From NCBI GenBank assembly GCA_963828465.1, contig CAWHEU010000022.1, positions 539,887 through 603,886 of the forward strand: a stretch of 64,000 bases of DNA, read 5' to 3'. The stretch is from an uncultured Acidobacteriota bacterium. GTDB lineage: Bacteria > Actinomycetota > Acidimicrobiia > Spongiisociales > ZC4RG35. The notes below the pieces were generated by a model. It did no database searches, was not told where the DNA came from, and was given only the letters and a program-made list of their open reading frames with translations. This document shows positions 1 to 9,812 of this stretch, in pieces (position 1 is the first letter of the stretch; each line of letters begins with the position of its first letter). A program made the translations under genes and the position numbers.

Positions 1-1
1 G

Positions 2-1030
2 GACGCTCTCGTCGAGGCGGCCAGACAGCCGGCCAATCACCGCTATTCCGCCTCTCGCGGCATCGATGACCTGAGGGAAGCGCTGGCCGGGCGCTATCGC
101 CGCCGCTTCGGAGTGGAGCTCGACCCGGAAACCGAGGTCATCTCGACGATCGGGTCCAAAGAAGGTCTGTCCCATCTGATGTGGGCCCTTCTCCAACCCG
201 GGGACGCAGCCATCGTTCCCGATCCCTCCTATCCAATCCACATCTACGCCCCGGTGATAGCCGGGGCGGAGGTACGAACTGCCCCGATCGGCTCCGAGGC
301 CGACTATTTCGATGTGGTGCATCGGATGTTCCACGACTCGTGGCCCCGGCCGAGGGTGATCATCGTCAGCTTTCCCCACAACCCCACGGCTGCCACAGTC
401 GACCTCGGGTTCTTCGAGCGACTCGTCGATCTGGCCCGGGAGAACGAAGTCGTCCTCGTCCACGACTTCGCCTATGCCGATATCGGCTTCGACGGCTATC
501 GACCCCCGTCCCTGCTCGAGGTTCCGGGAGCGAAGGAAGTCGCTGTCGAGATCTACTCGTTGACCAAGGGCCATTCGATGGCAGGTTGGCGGGTCGGATT
601 CATGGCAGGGAACAGGGATGTGGTAGCGGCCCTGGCCAAGCTGAAGAGCTATCTCGACTACGGGACTTTCCAGCCCATCCAGATAGCGGCCGCCGCCGCC
701 TTGAACGAAGGCGATGAGTTCGTCGAAAACGTGAACGTCGTGTACCAGGAGCGCCGGGACATCCTGGTCGACGGTCTGGCCGACCTTGGCTGGAAGATGG
801 ATCGCCCGCGAGGGACCATGTTCGTCTGGGCTCCCATTCCGGGTCCCTACGAGGACCTCTCTTCGGCCGAGTTCTCGATCCACCTCCTCGAGGCCGCAGG
901 GGTTGCGATCAGTCCCGGGGTCGGCTTCGGCCCGAGCGGTGAGGGCTTCGTTCGGTTCGCCCTGGTCGAGGAGGGCCCCCGGATCGAGGATGCCGTGGCC
1001 CGGATCGGGCAGGCCCTCGACCGTCTGTAG
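2..1030 (+). CDS. PLP-dependent class I/II aminotransferase (AlaC/DapL-like), 5' end lies before the window
   Basis: Frame is open from base 2 (HRYSASRGI...). Motifs FPHNPT, HDFAY, SLTK...MAGWRVG and YLDYGTFQPIQIAA. Confidence 0.85.
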   Translation, partial: DALVEAARQPANHRYSASRGIDDLREALAGRYRRRFGVELDPETEVISTIGSKEGLSHLMWALLQPGDAAIVPDPSYPIHIYAPVIAGAEVRTAPIGSEADYFDVVHRMFHDSWPRPRVIIVSFPHNPTAATVDLGFFERLVDLARENEVVLVHDFAYADIGFDGYRPPSLLEVPGAKEVAVEIYSLTKGHSMAGWRVGFMAGNRDVVAALAKLKSYLDYGTFQPIQIAAAAALNEGDEFVENVNVVYQERRDILVDGLADLGWKMDRPRGTMFVWAPIPGPYEDLSSAEFSIHLLEAAGVAISPGVGFGPSGEGFVRFALVEEGPRIEDAVARIGQALDRL

Positions 1031-1039
1031 CCTGGTCCT

Positions 1040-2065
1040 ATGCCTTTCCCGGACGGCACCGCCGACTTCCGCTCCGACACCGTGACCCGCCCCACGCCGG
1101 ACATGATTCAAGCCATGGCGTCGGCGCCACTCGGTGACGACGTCTACTCGGACGATCCGACGGTCAACTTGCTCGAGGAGGAGTCGGCGGCGGTGACCGG
1201 CAAGGAGACCGCCATCTACGTGCCGACCGGCACGATGGGGAACCAGCTTTCCATCATGGCCCAGACGAACCCGGGCGAAGAGGTCCTCGCCCACGAGGGG
1301 AGTCACGTCCGCAGCATCGAGGCCGGCGCTCCCCAGGCTCTCTCTGGTGTCGGCTTTCGCACCGTGAGCGGAGACGGGGGCCGCATCGAGCCCGAGGACG
1401 TGGAGCGGGCCATGGCCATGTCCGGTTTCTTCCCCAGAATCGGCCTGATGGTGTGGGAGAACACCCACAATCTCTCTGGAGGCCGGGTGATACCTCTCGA
1501 TGTGATGGAGAAGACCTCCGGGGTGGCCAGGGCGCATGGGCTCAAGATCCATATGGATGGGGCCAGGATCTTCAATGCCGTCGCCGCCAGCGGTGTGCCC
1601 GTCGATCGTTATGCCGCGGTGTCGGACACCATCCAGTTCTGCTTCTCGAAGGGGCTGGGGGCGCCAGTTGGGTCCATCGTCTGTGGCCCGGCTGATCTGA
1701 TCTCCGAAATCCGGTATCTCCGCAAGCGACTCGGCGGCGGGATGCGTCAGGCCGGGGTGATCGCCGCCGCGGCGCGGGTTGCCCTGGCCGGTCGTGATCG
1801 CCTCGTCGAGGACCACGCGCTGGCGCGTTTGCTGGGCGACGCAATTGCCGAGAAGTTCCCCAAAGCTGTCGACCCCTCTCTCATAGAGACCAACATGGTC
1901 AGGGTTCAGTTCGCCGCCCTCGGCATCGAATGGCCGGAGATGAAAGGGCGTCTGGACGGCGCCGGCATCAAGGTCAACCCACCACTCGGTGGCGGCTGGC
2001 GGATCGTCACCCATCGCGATGTCGACGCGTCGGATGCGGACCGTCTGCTCTCGACCCTGCCGTAA
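1040..2065 (+). CDS. ltaE: Low-specificity L-threonine aldolase
   Basis: DFRSDTVTRP, GDDVY, PTGTMGN, ENTHN, HMDGARIFNA, CFSKGLGAPVGS, GGGMRQAG. Confidence 0.92.
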   Translation: MPFPDGTADFRSDTVTRPTPDMIQAMASAPLGDDVYSDDPTVNLLEEESAAVTGKETAIYVPTGTMGNQLSIMAQTNPGEEVLAHEGSHVRSIEAGAPQALSGVGFRTVSGDGGRIEPEDVERAMAMSGFFPRIGLMVWENTHNLSGGRVIPLDVMEKTSGVARAHGLKIHMDGARIFNAVAASGVPVDRYAAVSDTIQFCFSKGLGAPVGSIVCGPADLISEIRYLRKRLGGGMRQAGVIAAAARVALAGRDRLVEDHALARLLGDAIAEKFPKAVDPSLIETNMVRVQFAALGIEWPEMKGRLDGAGIKVNPPLGGGWRIVTHRDVDASDADRLLSTLP

Positions 2066-2095
2066 CGAGGGAGGGCCGACCCGAGTCGGATACTG

Positions 2096-3037
2096 GTGAG
2101 TGTCGGAATCCTGTTCCCGGGTCAGGGAAGTCAGACCGTGGGAATGGGGGCGGACCTCTTCGATGCGAGAGAGGACCTGCTCGGCGACCGCGCCGATGAG
2201 ATTCTCGGTTTCTCCCTGCGATCCCTCTGCTTGGAGGGACCCGAGGAGGAGCTGACCCGCACCCAGCACGCCCAGCCGGCCCTCTTCGCCCTGTCTTATG
2301 CCTTGTGGGAGATGGTCGTCGCAGAGAATCATCTGACCCCTGGCGGCGCGGCCGGGCATTCACTGGGGGAGTACACCGCCCTCGCCGCGGCCGGGGTCTT
2401 CGACTTCGACACCGCCCTCGGTCTCGTGGCGCTGAGGGGGCGGGCCATGGCCCGCGCCGCCGATCGGGAAAGCTCCGGCATGGCGGCGCTGATCGGCGCC
2501 GACCGGGAGCAAGCATCGGAGGTGACCCAGGCCCGCCGTGATCTTGGCGGCCGTCTGGAAGTGGCCAACTTGAATGCTCCGGGCCAGGTCGTCGTGGCAG
2601 GGGGAAAAGACGATCTCGAGTGGCTGGGCGAGAACGGATCCCGACTCGGGATCCGGAGAGTGGTGCCGCTCAATGTGGCTGGGGCGTTTCACAGCCAGTT
2701 CATGGCCCCGGCGCGGGAAGAGCTGAAGACGGCCCTCGATGCGGTCGAGCTGTCCGACCCGTGGTTTCCGGTCTGGTCCAACACGACCGCCAGACCACAT
2801 CAGACCGGCGAGATCGGCGATCTCCTTGCTCGTCAGATGGTCGAGCCCGTCCTCTTTTCCGATTCCCTTCTCGACATGTCGGCCGCCGGCATCGACACAT
2901 TCATCCATGTCGGCCCCGGCGACGTGACTGCAGGTCTGGCCCGCAGGACCATCGAAGGCGCCGCAGTTCACACGATCTCCCGAATCGACGACGTCCGGAC
3001 CGCGTTGGATGCCGTCGTTACGATGGGCGAACACTGA
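2096..3037 (+). CDS. fabD: Malonyl-CoA:ACP transacylase
   Basis: FPGQGSQ, GHSLGEY and GAFHS motifs; first gene of the fab cluster. Confidence 0.95.
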   Translation: MSVGILFPGQGSQTVGMGADLFDAREDLLGDRADEILGFSLRSLCLEGPEEELTRTQHAQPALFALSYALWEMVVAENHLTPGGAAGHSLGEYTALAAAGVFDFDTALGLVALRGRAMARAADRESSGMAALIGADREQASEVTQARRDLGGRLEVANLNAPGQVVVAGGKDDLEWLGENGSRLGIRRVVPLNVAGAFHSQFMAPAREELKTALDAVELSDPWFPVWSNTTARPHQTGEIGDLLARQMVEPVLFSDSLLDMSAAGIDTFIHVGPGDVTAGLARRTIEGAAVHTISRIDDVRTALDAVVTMGEH

Positions 3038-3047
3038 GGAGACTGGT

Positions 3048-4133
3048 ATGAGAAACGCCGAGATAACAGGCTGGGGCATGTGCATGCCTCCCAACGTGCT
3101 CAGCAATCACGATCTCGAGCAGCTCGTCGACACCTCGGACGAATGGATCACCACGAGGACCGGTATCAAGGAGCGGCGGATCAGCCACGTCGAGGCGTCG
3201 GAGCTCGCTGCCGTAGCCGGTCTACGGGCGCTGGCCGCAGCCGGCAAGACCGTGAACGATCTCGACCTCCTTCTCGTGGCAACCTGCTCGGGCGACTCGA
3301 TCATCCCCTCCACGGCGTCGGTCGTGCAGAAGCACATGGGGGCCTGGAACGCCGCGGCCCTCGACCTCAACGCCGCTTGCTCAGGGTTTGTCTACGGGCT
3401 GGTTGTAGGCACCAACATGATCCGTGGCGGGACCAACAACACGGTCCTGCTCGTCGGAACGGAGAAGCTCCACTTCGTCACCGACTTCACCGACCGGACC
3501 ACGTGTGTGCTGTTCGGCGACGGTGCCGGGGCGGTCGTGCTCGAGCCGACCGATGAGCCGGTCGGGCTTCTCTCCTCGGAACTGGGTATGGACGGATCCG
3601 TCGGCCACATCCTCGCCGTGCCCAGGGACGGCAGCTCGGGTGACCCGGGGCCGATCGACCCCCGGGAGTCGGCGATCGGCATGGAAGGGCCCGAGGTCTT
3701 CCGGCGTGCGGTCACCACGATGGGGGACTCGGCTGCCCGTGCCATCAAGGATGCCGGTCTTTCACTTGACGATGTCGACCTGGTCATCCCGCATCAAGCC
3801 AACACCAGGATCATCGACGCCACCGCCCGCCGTCTCGGCATCGATGAGAGCAAGGTGTTCGTCAATATCGAGTCGTATGGCAACACTTCAGCCGCCACGA
3901 TCCCTGTTGCTCTCACCGAGGCCCTGGAGCAGGGACGGGTCAAGCCCGGAGACAACATCGTGTTCACCGCATTCGGTGGGGGACTCAGTTGGGGATCGGC
4001 CGTGTACCGGTGGGGGGAGCGCGTCGAGCCGCTCGGCGAGAGCGATGCCGAGCTGCCACCGCCTGATCGCACCGCGATGGAGTTGCTCCAGGCCAATTTC
4101 GATTTCTTCGGCCTTTCCGAAAAGCTCACGTGA
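3048..4133 (+). CDS. fabH: 3-oxoacyl-ACP synthase III
   Basis: DTSDEWI..RTGI, AACSGF, PHQAN, GNTSAA. Start placed at ATG 3048 after a GAGGAG ribosome-binding site. Confidence 0.95.
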   Translation: MRNAEITGWGMCMPPNVLSNHDLEQLVDTSDEWITTRTGIKERRISHVEASELAAVAGLRALAAAGKTVNDLDLLLVATCSGDSIIPSTASVVQKHMGAWNAAALDLNAACSGFVYGLVVGTNMIRGGTNNTVLLVGTEKLHFVTDFTDRTTCVLFGDGAGAVVLEPTDEPVGLLSSELGMDGSVGHILAVPRDGSSGDPGPIDPRESAIGMEGPEVFRRAVTTMGDSAARAIKDAGLSLDDVDLVIPHQANTRIIDATARRLGIDESKVFVNIESYGNTSAATIPVALTEALEQGRVKPGDNIVFTAFGGGLSWGSAVYRWGERVEPLGESDAELPPPDRTAMELLQANFDFFGLSEKLT

Positions 4134-4879
4134 GTGATGGCGCCGAGGGGAGGGTCGCCCTGGTCACCGGTGGTTCGAGAGGGATCGGCCGGGCGATTGC
4201 CCTTCGTCTTGCCTCATCCGGTCACCAGGTCGCGGTGAACTACGCCAAGCAGCCCGAAGCCGCGGCAGAGGTGGTGGAAGAGATCGGCGAGTCGGGGGGG
4301 ACAGCCGTCGCCTACAAGGCAGATGTCTCCGATGGCGACCAGGTCTCTGCGATGTTTGCCTCGGTCGAGGCCGATCTCGGCCCGGTCACCGTGCTGGTGA
4401 ACAATGCCGGCATCACCGCTGACAACCTCCTGCTGCGGATGAGCGCGGACGACTTCGACAGGGTGATAGCGACCAATCTGAAGTCGGTCTACGTCTGCAC
4501 TCGTCTCGCTCTGCGCCCCATGCTCAGGGCGCACTGGGGAAGAGTGGTTTCCATCGCCTCTGTGGCCGGGATCACCGGCAACGCCGGGCAATCGAATTAC
4601 GCCGCCTCGAAGGCCGGGATGATCGGCTTCTCCAAGGCGGTGTCGAAAGAGGTCGGGTCTCGGGGCATCACGGTCAATGTCGTGGCACCGGGCTTCATAG
4701 CAACCGACCTCACCGAAGATCTGAGTCAGGGGGTGAAAGACGAGGCCGTGAGCCGCACTGCCTTGCGCAGGTTCGGCGAGGCCGACGAGGTGGCAGGAGC
4801 GGTCGAGTTCCTCGTTTCCGACGCCGCCTCGTACATATCTGGTCAGGTGCTGGCCGTCGACGGCGGACTTGCCTTGTAG
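4130..4879 (+). CDS. fabG: 3-oxoacyl-ACP reductase
   Basis: TGGSRGIG, NNAGIT, YAASK short-chain dehydrogenase motifs; fab context. Confidence 0.95.
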   Translation: MSDGAEGRVALVTGGSRGIGRAIALRLASSGHQVAVNYAKQPEAAAEVVEEIGESGGTAVAYKADVSDGDQVSAMFASVEADLGPVTVLVNNAGITADNLLLRMSADDFDRVIATNLKSVYVCTRLALRPMLRAHWGRVVSIASVAGITGNAGQSNYAASKAGMIGFSKAVSKEVGSRGITVNVVAPGFIATDLTEDLSQGVKDEAVSRTALRRFGEADEVAGAVEFLVSDAASYISGQVLAVDGGLAL

Positions 4880-4912
4880 TTTTCCGCCAACCAACAACAA
4901 GAAGGAGGAACA

Positions 4913-5158
4913 GTGGAAAGAAGTGAAGTAGCCAACCGGCTGAGTGAGGTGCTCGTCTCGGAGCTCGGGCTGGAACAGTCCAAGATCGCCGAGGAGGCCC
5001 ATTTCGAGGAGGATCTCGATGTGGACAGCCTGGGCGTCGTGGAGCTCCTCATGGCCCTCGAAGACGAGTTCGGGGTGAAGATCCCGGATGAGGAGGCCGA
5101 GTCGATCATGACTGTTGGCCAGGCAATCGACGTGGTGTACGGAAAGCTGGGTGGCTGA
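4913..5158 (+). CDS. acpP: Acyl carrier protein
   Basis: DLDVDSLGVVEL phosphopantetheine site, acidic 81 aa, strong AGGAGG ribosome-binding site. Confidence 0.95.
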   Translation: MERSEVANRLSEVLVSELGLEQSKIAEEAHFEEDLDVDSLGVVELLMALEDEFGVKIPDEEAESIMTVGQAIDVVYGKLGG

Positions 5159-5162
5159 TCTG

Positions 5163-6422
5163 ATGCCACCCGAGCGACGGCGCGTCGCCGTCACCGGGCT
5201 CGGCGCGGTGACACCGCTGGGAGAAGACGTCGGTTCGACGTGGGACGGCATGTTGTCGGGACAGTCGGGGATCGGTCCGATCAGCCTCTTCGATACCGAC
5301 GGGTACCGCACGACGATCGCCGGCGAGGTCAGGGGCTGGGAGCCGGAGAAGCATTTCGATCGGCGCGAGGTCCGCAGGCTCGACCGGTTTGCTCAGTTCT
5401 TCCTCGTCGCAGTTCGTCAGGCGCTGGTACAGGCGGGCCTGTCGTTCGAGGAGGATGACCCGGCCGCGGCCAGGGCCGGCGTCGTGGTCGGCGCTGGGTT
5501 TGGTGGTATGGGGTCATTCATCGACGAGATCGTCACCCTTACTGAGAGGGGTCCGGACCGGGTGAGCCCAACCGGGGTGCCTCGGGTGATCCCCAACATG
5601 GCGGCCGGGCTCGCCTCGATCGAGCACAACCTGCTTGGTCCAGTCTCATGCGTTGTTACAGCCTGCTCCGCATCCGCCAACGCAATCGGCGACGGAGCCG
5701 AATTGATTCGCCGCGGCGCAGCTGACGTAGTGGTCGCAGGCGGGTCGGAAGCGGCCATCACCACATTCGGCATCGCCACCTTCGCCCAAGCCAGAGCGCT
5801 CTCGAGCCGCAACGACGAGCCACAACGGGCATCGAGGCCCTTCGACGCCGACCGTGACGGTTTCGTCATGGGTGAGGGAGGAGCTGCGCTCATCCTGGAG
5901 GACATGGAAAAAGCGCTCGATCGGGGGGCGCCGGTGCTGGCCGAGCTGACCGGTTATGGCATGTCGGCCGATGCGTATCACATCACTCTGCCCAGGCCGG
6001 GAGGGAGTGGTGCGGCACGGGCCATGGTCAATGCCGTCGAAGACGCTGGTCTGGCTCCGGAGGACATCGGGTATATCAACGCCCACGGCACATCCACCGA
6101 GGCCAACGACGCAACCGAGACTGCGGCGATCCGGATCGCAATGGGTGCGGCCGCCGACACCGTCCCGGTCTCCTCGACAAAGTCGATGACCGGTCACACT
6201 CTGGGCGGCGCCGGAGCCGTGGAGGCGGTGGCCTGCATCATGGCCCTTCGAGACCAGGTACTGCCCCCGACTATCAACTACGAGGTGCCAGACCCGGAAT
6301 GTGACCTCGACTACGTCCCGAATGTCAAGAGGGAGGCGTCCCTACGACATGCGATGTCGAATTCGTTCGGCTTTGGGGGGCACAATGTGTCATTGATCTT
6401 CAGCAAAGCCGAAGATCAATGA
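5163..6422 (+). CDS. fabF: 3-oxoacyl-ACP synthase II
   Basis: RRVAVTGLG, TACSAS, NAHGTST, KSMTGH, NSFGFGGHN. Confidence 0.95.
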   Translation: MPPERRRVAVTGLGAVTPLGEDVGSTWDGMLSGQSGIGPISLFDTDGYRTTIAGEVRGWEPEKHFDRREVRRLDRFAQFFLVAVRQALVQAGLSFEEDDPAAARAGVVVGAGFGGMGSFIDEIVTLTERGPDRVSPTGVPRVIPNMAAGLASIEHNLLGPVSCVVTACSASANAIGDGAELIRRGAADVVVAGGSEAAITTFGIATFAQARALSSRNDEPQRASRPFDADRDGFVMGEGGAALILEDMEKALDRGAPVLAELTGYGMSADAYHITLPRPGGSGAARAMVNAVEDAGLAPEDIGYINAHGTSTEANDATETAAIRIAMGAAADTVPVSSTKSMTGHTLGGAGAVEAVACIMALRDQVLPPTINYEVPDPECDLDYVPNVKREASLRHAMSNSFGFGGHNVSLIFSKAEDQ

Positions 6423-6497
6423 GTGGTGGGTTTTGGGTTTTGAGTTCTGAGTTCAGAACCCACCACCCATAACTCACAACTCACGACCCACCACTCT
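6421..6497. repeat. Inverted array of degenerate heptamer repeats; probable bidirectional terminator-like hairpin
   Basis: GAGTGG-TGGGTTT-TGGGTTT-TGAGTTC-TGAGTTC followed by AGAACCC-ACCACCC-ATAACTC-ACAACTC-ACGACCC-ACCACTC, lying between convergent genes. Confidence 0.75.
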
Positions 6498-6735
6498 TCT
6501 CCCGCCATTCGGCGAGAGAGCGGTAAACCAGCACCAGGACGAGCGCGACGCCCACGGTGACGACCAGAAACGAGACGACGGCCACCAGGGCGGCCCATCC
6601 GGAACACGTGGTGAAACCACCGGCGCCGTCGGGCTGACGACAGCTCACATCTGTCACGAACCAGCCCAGGAATCCGGCGAGCAGGCCGAGACCGAGCGAG
6701 GGGATCGCAATCCACGGGTTTGGCCTCCGTCTCAC
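6481..6735 (-). CDS. Small two-TM membrane protein with a Cys pair in the loop
   Basis: Two hydrophobic segments flank SCRQPDGAGGFTTC; start overlaps the stop of the upstream gene. Confidence 0.7.
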   Translation of the reverse strand: MRRRPNPWIAIPSLGLGLLAGFLGWFVTDVSCRQPDGAGGFTTCSGWAALVAVVSFLVVTVGVALVLVLVYRSLAEWREKSGGS

Positions 6736-7478
6736 CGAGTCGGGCGCCCGTGCTCATCGAGGTCGGCTGAGTCGAGGACCTCTCGCGGGGCCAGCTCGGG
6801 CGGGATCGGGTAAGCCGACCCCACTTCACGGGGCGGGTGGAAGGCGACCGCGACCGAAGGATGCCATGCAAGTACGGCAACGACGATCCCGGAGACCACA
6901 CAAACGATCGCCGGAGCCAGCCATTGCGTGAAGGCGAGGCCGATCGCCACGATCGGCCAGAACACCCGGACCACGTAAAGCCCTCCGGGGAACACCCGGG
7001 CGAACCACAGCGCAGCCAAGGGAGCGCTCAACCCGACAATGAGAGCTCCCGGTGATATCTCGCTCCACGCCGCGACCCCGAGCGGGAAGGGGAGCCCGAT
7101 GAGGATCAGGGGGAGGGCCACAGCTCGAGCCGGTAGGCCGACGGCCCCGGGCAGCTTCCGTAGCCCGGCGGTGAGGGCGGGGGAGAGCAGCGCGATCCCG
7201 GCAAGCACGGAGGCGGTGAGAGCGATCCCCCACAGGGCATCGATGGGGCGCACCACCCCGAGCAACAACATCGCTGCGACCACCAGGAGCAATGTCCTGT
7301 GTGCCCAGCGACCCCCGGTCACAGTCAGACCCACCATCCCCACGGTGGCCGGGGCGAGAAGACCCGTGACGACCAGCAGGACCGAGCCCGGAGCCAGTGG
7401 GCCGCTGTCCACCGCCAGTGCGGCAGCCCAGAGCAGGGCAGCGACGAGAGGTGTGCATGCCAGCAGGGGAACTGTCAC
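6732..7478 (-). CDS. Hypothetical multi-pass membrane protein
   Basis: About 8 hydrophobic helices and a polar C-terminal tail (SAYPIPPELAPREVL). Confidence 0.7.
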   Translation of the reverse strand: MTVPLLACTPLVAALLWAAALAVDSGPLAPGSVLLVVTGLLAPATVGMVGLTVTGGRWAHRTLLLVVAAMLLLGVVRPIDALWGIALTASVLAGIALLSPALTAGLRKLPGAVGLPARAVALPLILIGLPFPLGVAAWSEISPGALIVGLSAPLAALWFARVFPGGLYVVRVFWPIVAIGLAFTQWLAPAIVCVVSGIVVAVLAWHPSVAVAFHPPREVGSAYPIPPELAPREVLDSADLDEHGRPTR

Positions 7479-7505
7479 CCGCGAAAGTTTCGCAGGACGC
7501 CCGGG

Positions 7506-8180
7506 TCAGGCGGAAGTCGGGCCGTCCGGGTTCCCGGCGTGCTCGAGTACCCGGAGACTCCGCTTTTCTCCGAAGCGTGGGGACTCGCCTGGCTCCCAGA
7601 CCGTCTCCATCCGCCATGCAGGGCCGGGTCGGAGCGTCATCACGGTGCCAAGACCTGGCTTGTCCTGGTGGAGCGCGCCCAAAGGTGACCCAATCAGCCT
7701 GAGGATCCCAGCCTGGATCGGGTCTTGATGGGAGACGATGACCACGTCGCCATGGGGATGCTCGGCGTCAAGCCTCCTCGCAACGGAAGCCATTCGCTCA
7801 GCGAGGGCTTCGAGAGTCTCATCGGCGAATGGAAGGCTGTCCGGATGCTCCAGATAGGCCTCGAGGTCACCAGGGAACGTCGTGGAGAGGTCCCGCCAGG
7901 CATGACCCTTCCACCGCCCGATCACGGCCCATTCGGTGAGGTCGGGGTCGACCTTGACCGGGACCCCGGTGCGAGCGGCGATCTCTTCGGCCGTGCGCAG
8001 CGAGCGCTCGAGTGGCGAGGACCAGATGGCCACGACCGGTCGAGGGCCCAGATAGCGACCAACTCGCCTCGCTTGCTCCACGCCGTGCGGCGACAGTCCG
8101 AAGCCGGGGAGGTCGGCGTAGACCAGATGCCCCGGGTTCTCGACCTCGGCGTGGCGAACCAGATGTACCAGTGCAGCCAT
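7506..8180 (-). CDS. Histidine phosphatase (phosphoglycerate mutase superfamily)
   Basis: HLVRHAEVENP, SSPLERS..TA, LTE, VIVSHQDPI. Start set at ATG 8180. Confidence 0.85.
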   Translation of the reverse strand: MAALVHLVRHAEVENPGHLVYADLPGFGLSPHGVEQARRVGRYLGPRPVVAIWSSPLERSLRTAEEIAARTGVPVKVDPDLTEWAVIGRWKGHAWRDLSTTFPGDLEAYLEHPDSLPFADETLEALAERMASVARRLDAEHPHGDVVIVSHQDPIQAGILRLIGSPLGALHQDKPGLGTVMTLRPGPAWRMETVWEPGESPRFGEKRSLRVLEHAGNPDGPTSA

Positions 8181-8231
8181 GAGGACATTGTTGTCGGTCG
8201 TCGGGCACAGCCGAGGTAACTTCAGACCCGG

Positions 8232-9404
8232 ATGTGGGCTGAGCCGATTCTCCACGTGGACCTGGACGCCTTCTTCGTCGAGGCAGAGAGATTGCAGGAC
8301 CCGGGACTGATCGGGAAGCCGGTCGCGGTTGGCGGCACGGGTAACAGAGGCGTAATCGCCAGCGCCTCATACGAGGCCCGTGTCCACGGCGTCCGATCCG
8401 CCCAACCGACGGCCACCGCCCGTCGCCTGTGCCGGGACCTGGTCGTCGTGCCCCCATCACATGGCCGATATGGAGAACTGTCAGCTCGAGTCTTCGAGGT
8501 GTTTCGTGAATACACCCCCTCTGTCGAAGGCCTCAGTGTCGATGAAGCCTTCCTCGACGTATCCGGGCTCCGTCGCCATTTCTCCACATCAACCGAGGTT
8601 GCCCTCTCGGTTCGTGGGGAGATCCGGAGCCGCCTCGGCCTCCCGGCCTCGGTCGGCATCGCCTCATCCAAATTCATTGCCAAGCTGGCGTCGGAGGCGG
8701 CCAAGCCAGACGGATATCGGCATATCCCGAAGGACACCGAATTGGAGTTCCTCCATGCGCTCTCGGTGGATGCGTTGTGGGGGGTGGGGCCGGCGACCCT
8801 GGCCGGGCTGCAGCGCCTCGGTGTGGAGACCATCGGGGATCTCGCCGAACTGCCCGAGGCCGCCGTCGTCGGGTCTTTGGGCCCGACACAGGGTCGCCAC
8901 CTCCTCGATCTCGCCCGGGGCATCGACCACCGCCCGGTGACGCCAGACGTCGATGCCAAATCGATCTCGGTCGAAGAGACCTACGACATTGATCTCGAAG
9001 GCATCGAGGTCATGGAGACCGCCCTCCTCGCCCATGCCCAGAGACTGGCCGACCGTCTTCATCGATCAGGCCTCGCGGCGCGCACGGTGACCCTGAAACT
9101 GAGGTTTGGCGACTTCACCACGGTGACCCGCAGTGTCACGTCCGGCACCGTCGTCGACGGCCCACGCGATCTCTATTTGATCGCGATCGGGCTCCTGGAA
9201 CAGGTCGAGGTCGATCGCCCGGTCCGTCTCCTCGGCCTGGGGGGATCAGGTCTCGAACCGGCAGGTGATCCCAGACAGATGCCGATCGGAGCAGAGGGCA
9301 ACTGGGCGCGCGTCGACGAGGCGGTGGCCGACGTGCGAGACCGTTTCGGGGAACATTCTGTGGAACCGGCCCGTCTGATACGGGGGCCTGCCCCCGATGA
9401 TTGA
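8232..9404 (+). CDS. dinB: DNA polymerase IV (Y family)
   Basis: ILHVDLDAFF, SASYEAR..GV, SVDEAFLD, AKLASE..KPDG, LWGVG. Confidence 0.95.
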   Translation: MWAEPILHVDLDAFFVEAERLQDPGLIGKPVAVGGTGNRGVIASASYEARVHGVRSAQPTATARRLCRDLVVVPPSHGRYGELSARVFEVFREYTPSVEGLSVDEAFLDVSGLRRHFSTSTEVALSVRGEIRSRLGLPASVGIASSKFIAKLASEAAKPDGYRHIPKDTELEFLHALSVDALWGVGPATLAGLQRLGVETIGDLAELPEAAVVGSLGPTQGRHLLDLARGIDHRPVTPDVDAKSISVEETYDIDLEGIEVMETALLAHAQRLADRLHRSGLAARTVTLKLRFGDFTTVTRSVTSGTVVDGPRDLYLIAIGLLEQVEVDRPVRLLGLGGSGLEPAGDPRQMPIGAEGNWARVDEAVADVRDRFGEHSVEPARLIRGPAPDD

Positions 9405-9476
9405 TTTCACCGGTGAACTGTCTCCAGCCCGGGTGTATTGTGTCAGAGGGCTGTTACCAGATGTTGAGAGGTTGAC

Positions 9477-9812
9477 ATGGCCCTCGATGATCACGAACAG
9501 AAGATCCTGGCGGAGATAGAGCGGCAGTTCTACGAGGAAGATCCGGAGCTGGCCCGTGCCGTCAGGCAGATAGCCAAGCCCTCGCGTGTCGGGGTGCGGC
9601 TCGCCATGCTGGGGGTCGTCGCCGGTCTCGCCATCGTGATCGGCTTCTTCACCTCGAACACCGTCGTCGCCTTTCTCGGCTTCGGGCTGTTGGTCGGCTC
9701 GGCGGCCGCCCTGGTGACCGGGCTCAGATCGCGGGCGTGGCGCGCGACCGACAGCGAGCCACAAGGTGAAGAGCACGGTCCCGGCTGGCAGGATCCCTTT
9801 CGCCGCGACTGA
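9477..9812 (+). CDS. DUF3040 family membrane protein
   Basis: MALDDHEQKILAEIERQFYEEDPELA followed by two TM helices; usual actinobacterial neighbour of dinB and mraZ. Confidence 0.85.
   Translation: MALDDHEQKILAEIERQFYEEDPELARAVRQIAKPSRVGVRLAMLGVVAGLAIVIGFFTSNTVVAFLGFGLLVGSAAALVTGLRSRAWRATDSEPQGEEHGPGWQDPFRRD

Noticed and set aside
8181-8231. LexA box or PafBC (RecA-NDp) motif upstream of dinB
   Set aside because: There is no TCGAAC-N4-GTTCGA. TGTCGG and CGTCGG lie 19 and 12 nt from TAACTT instead of the expected 10.
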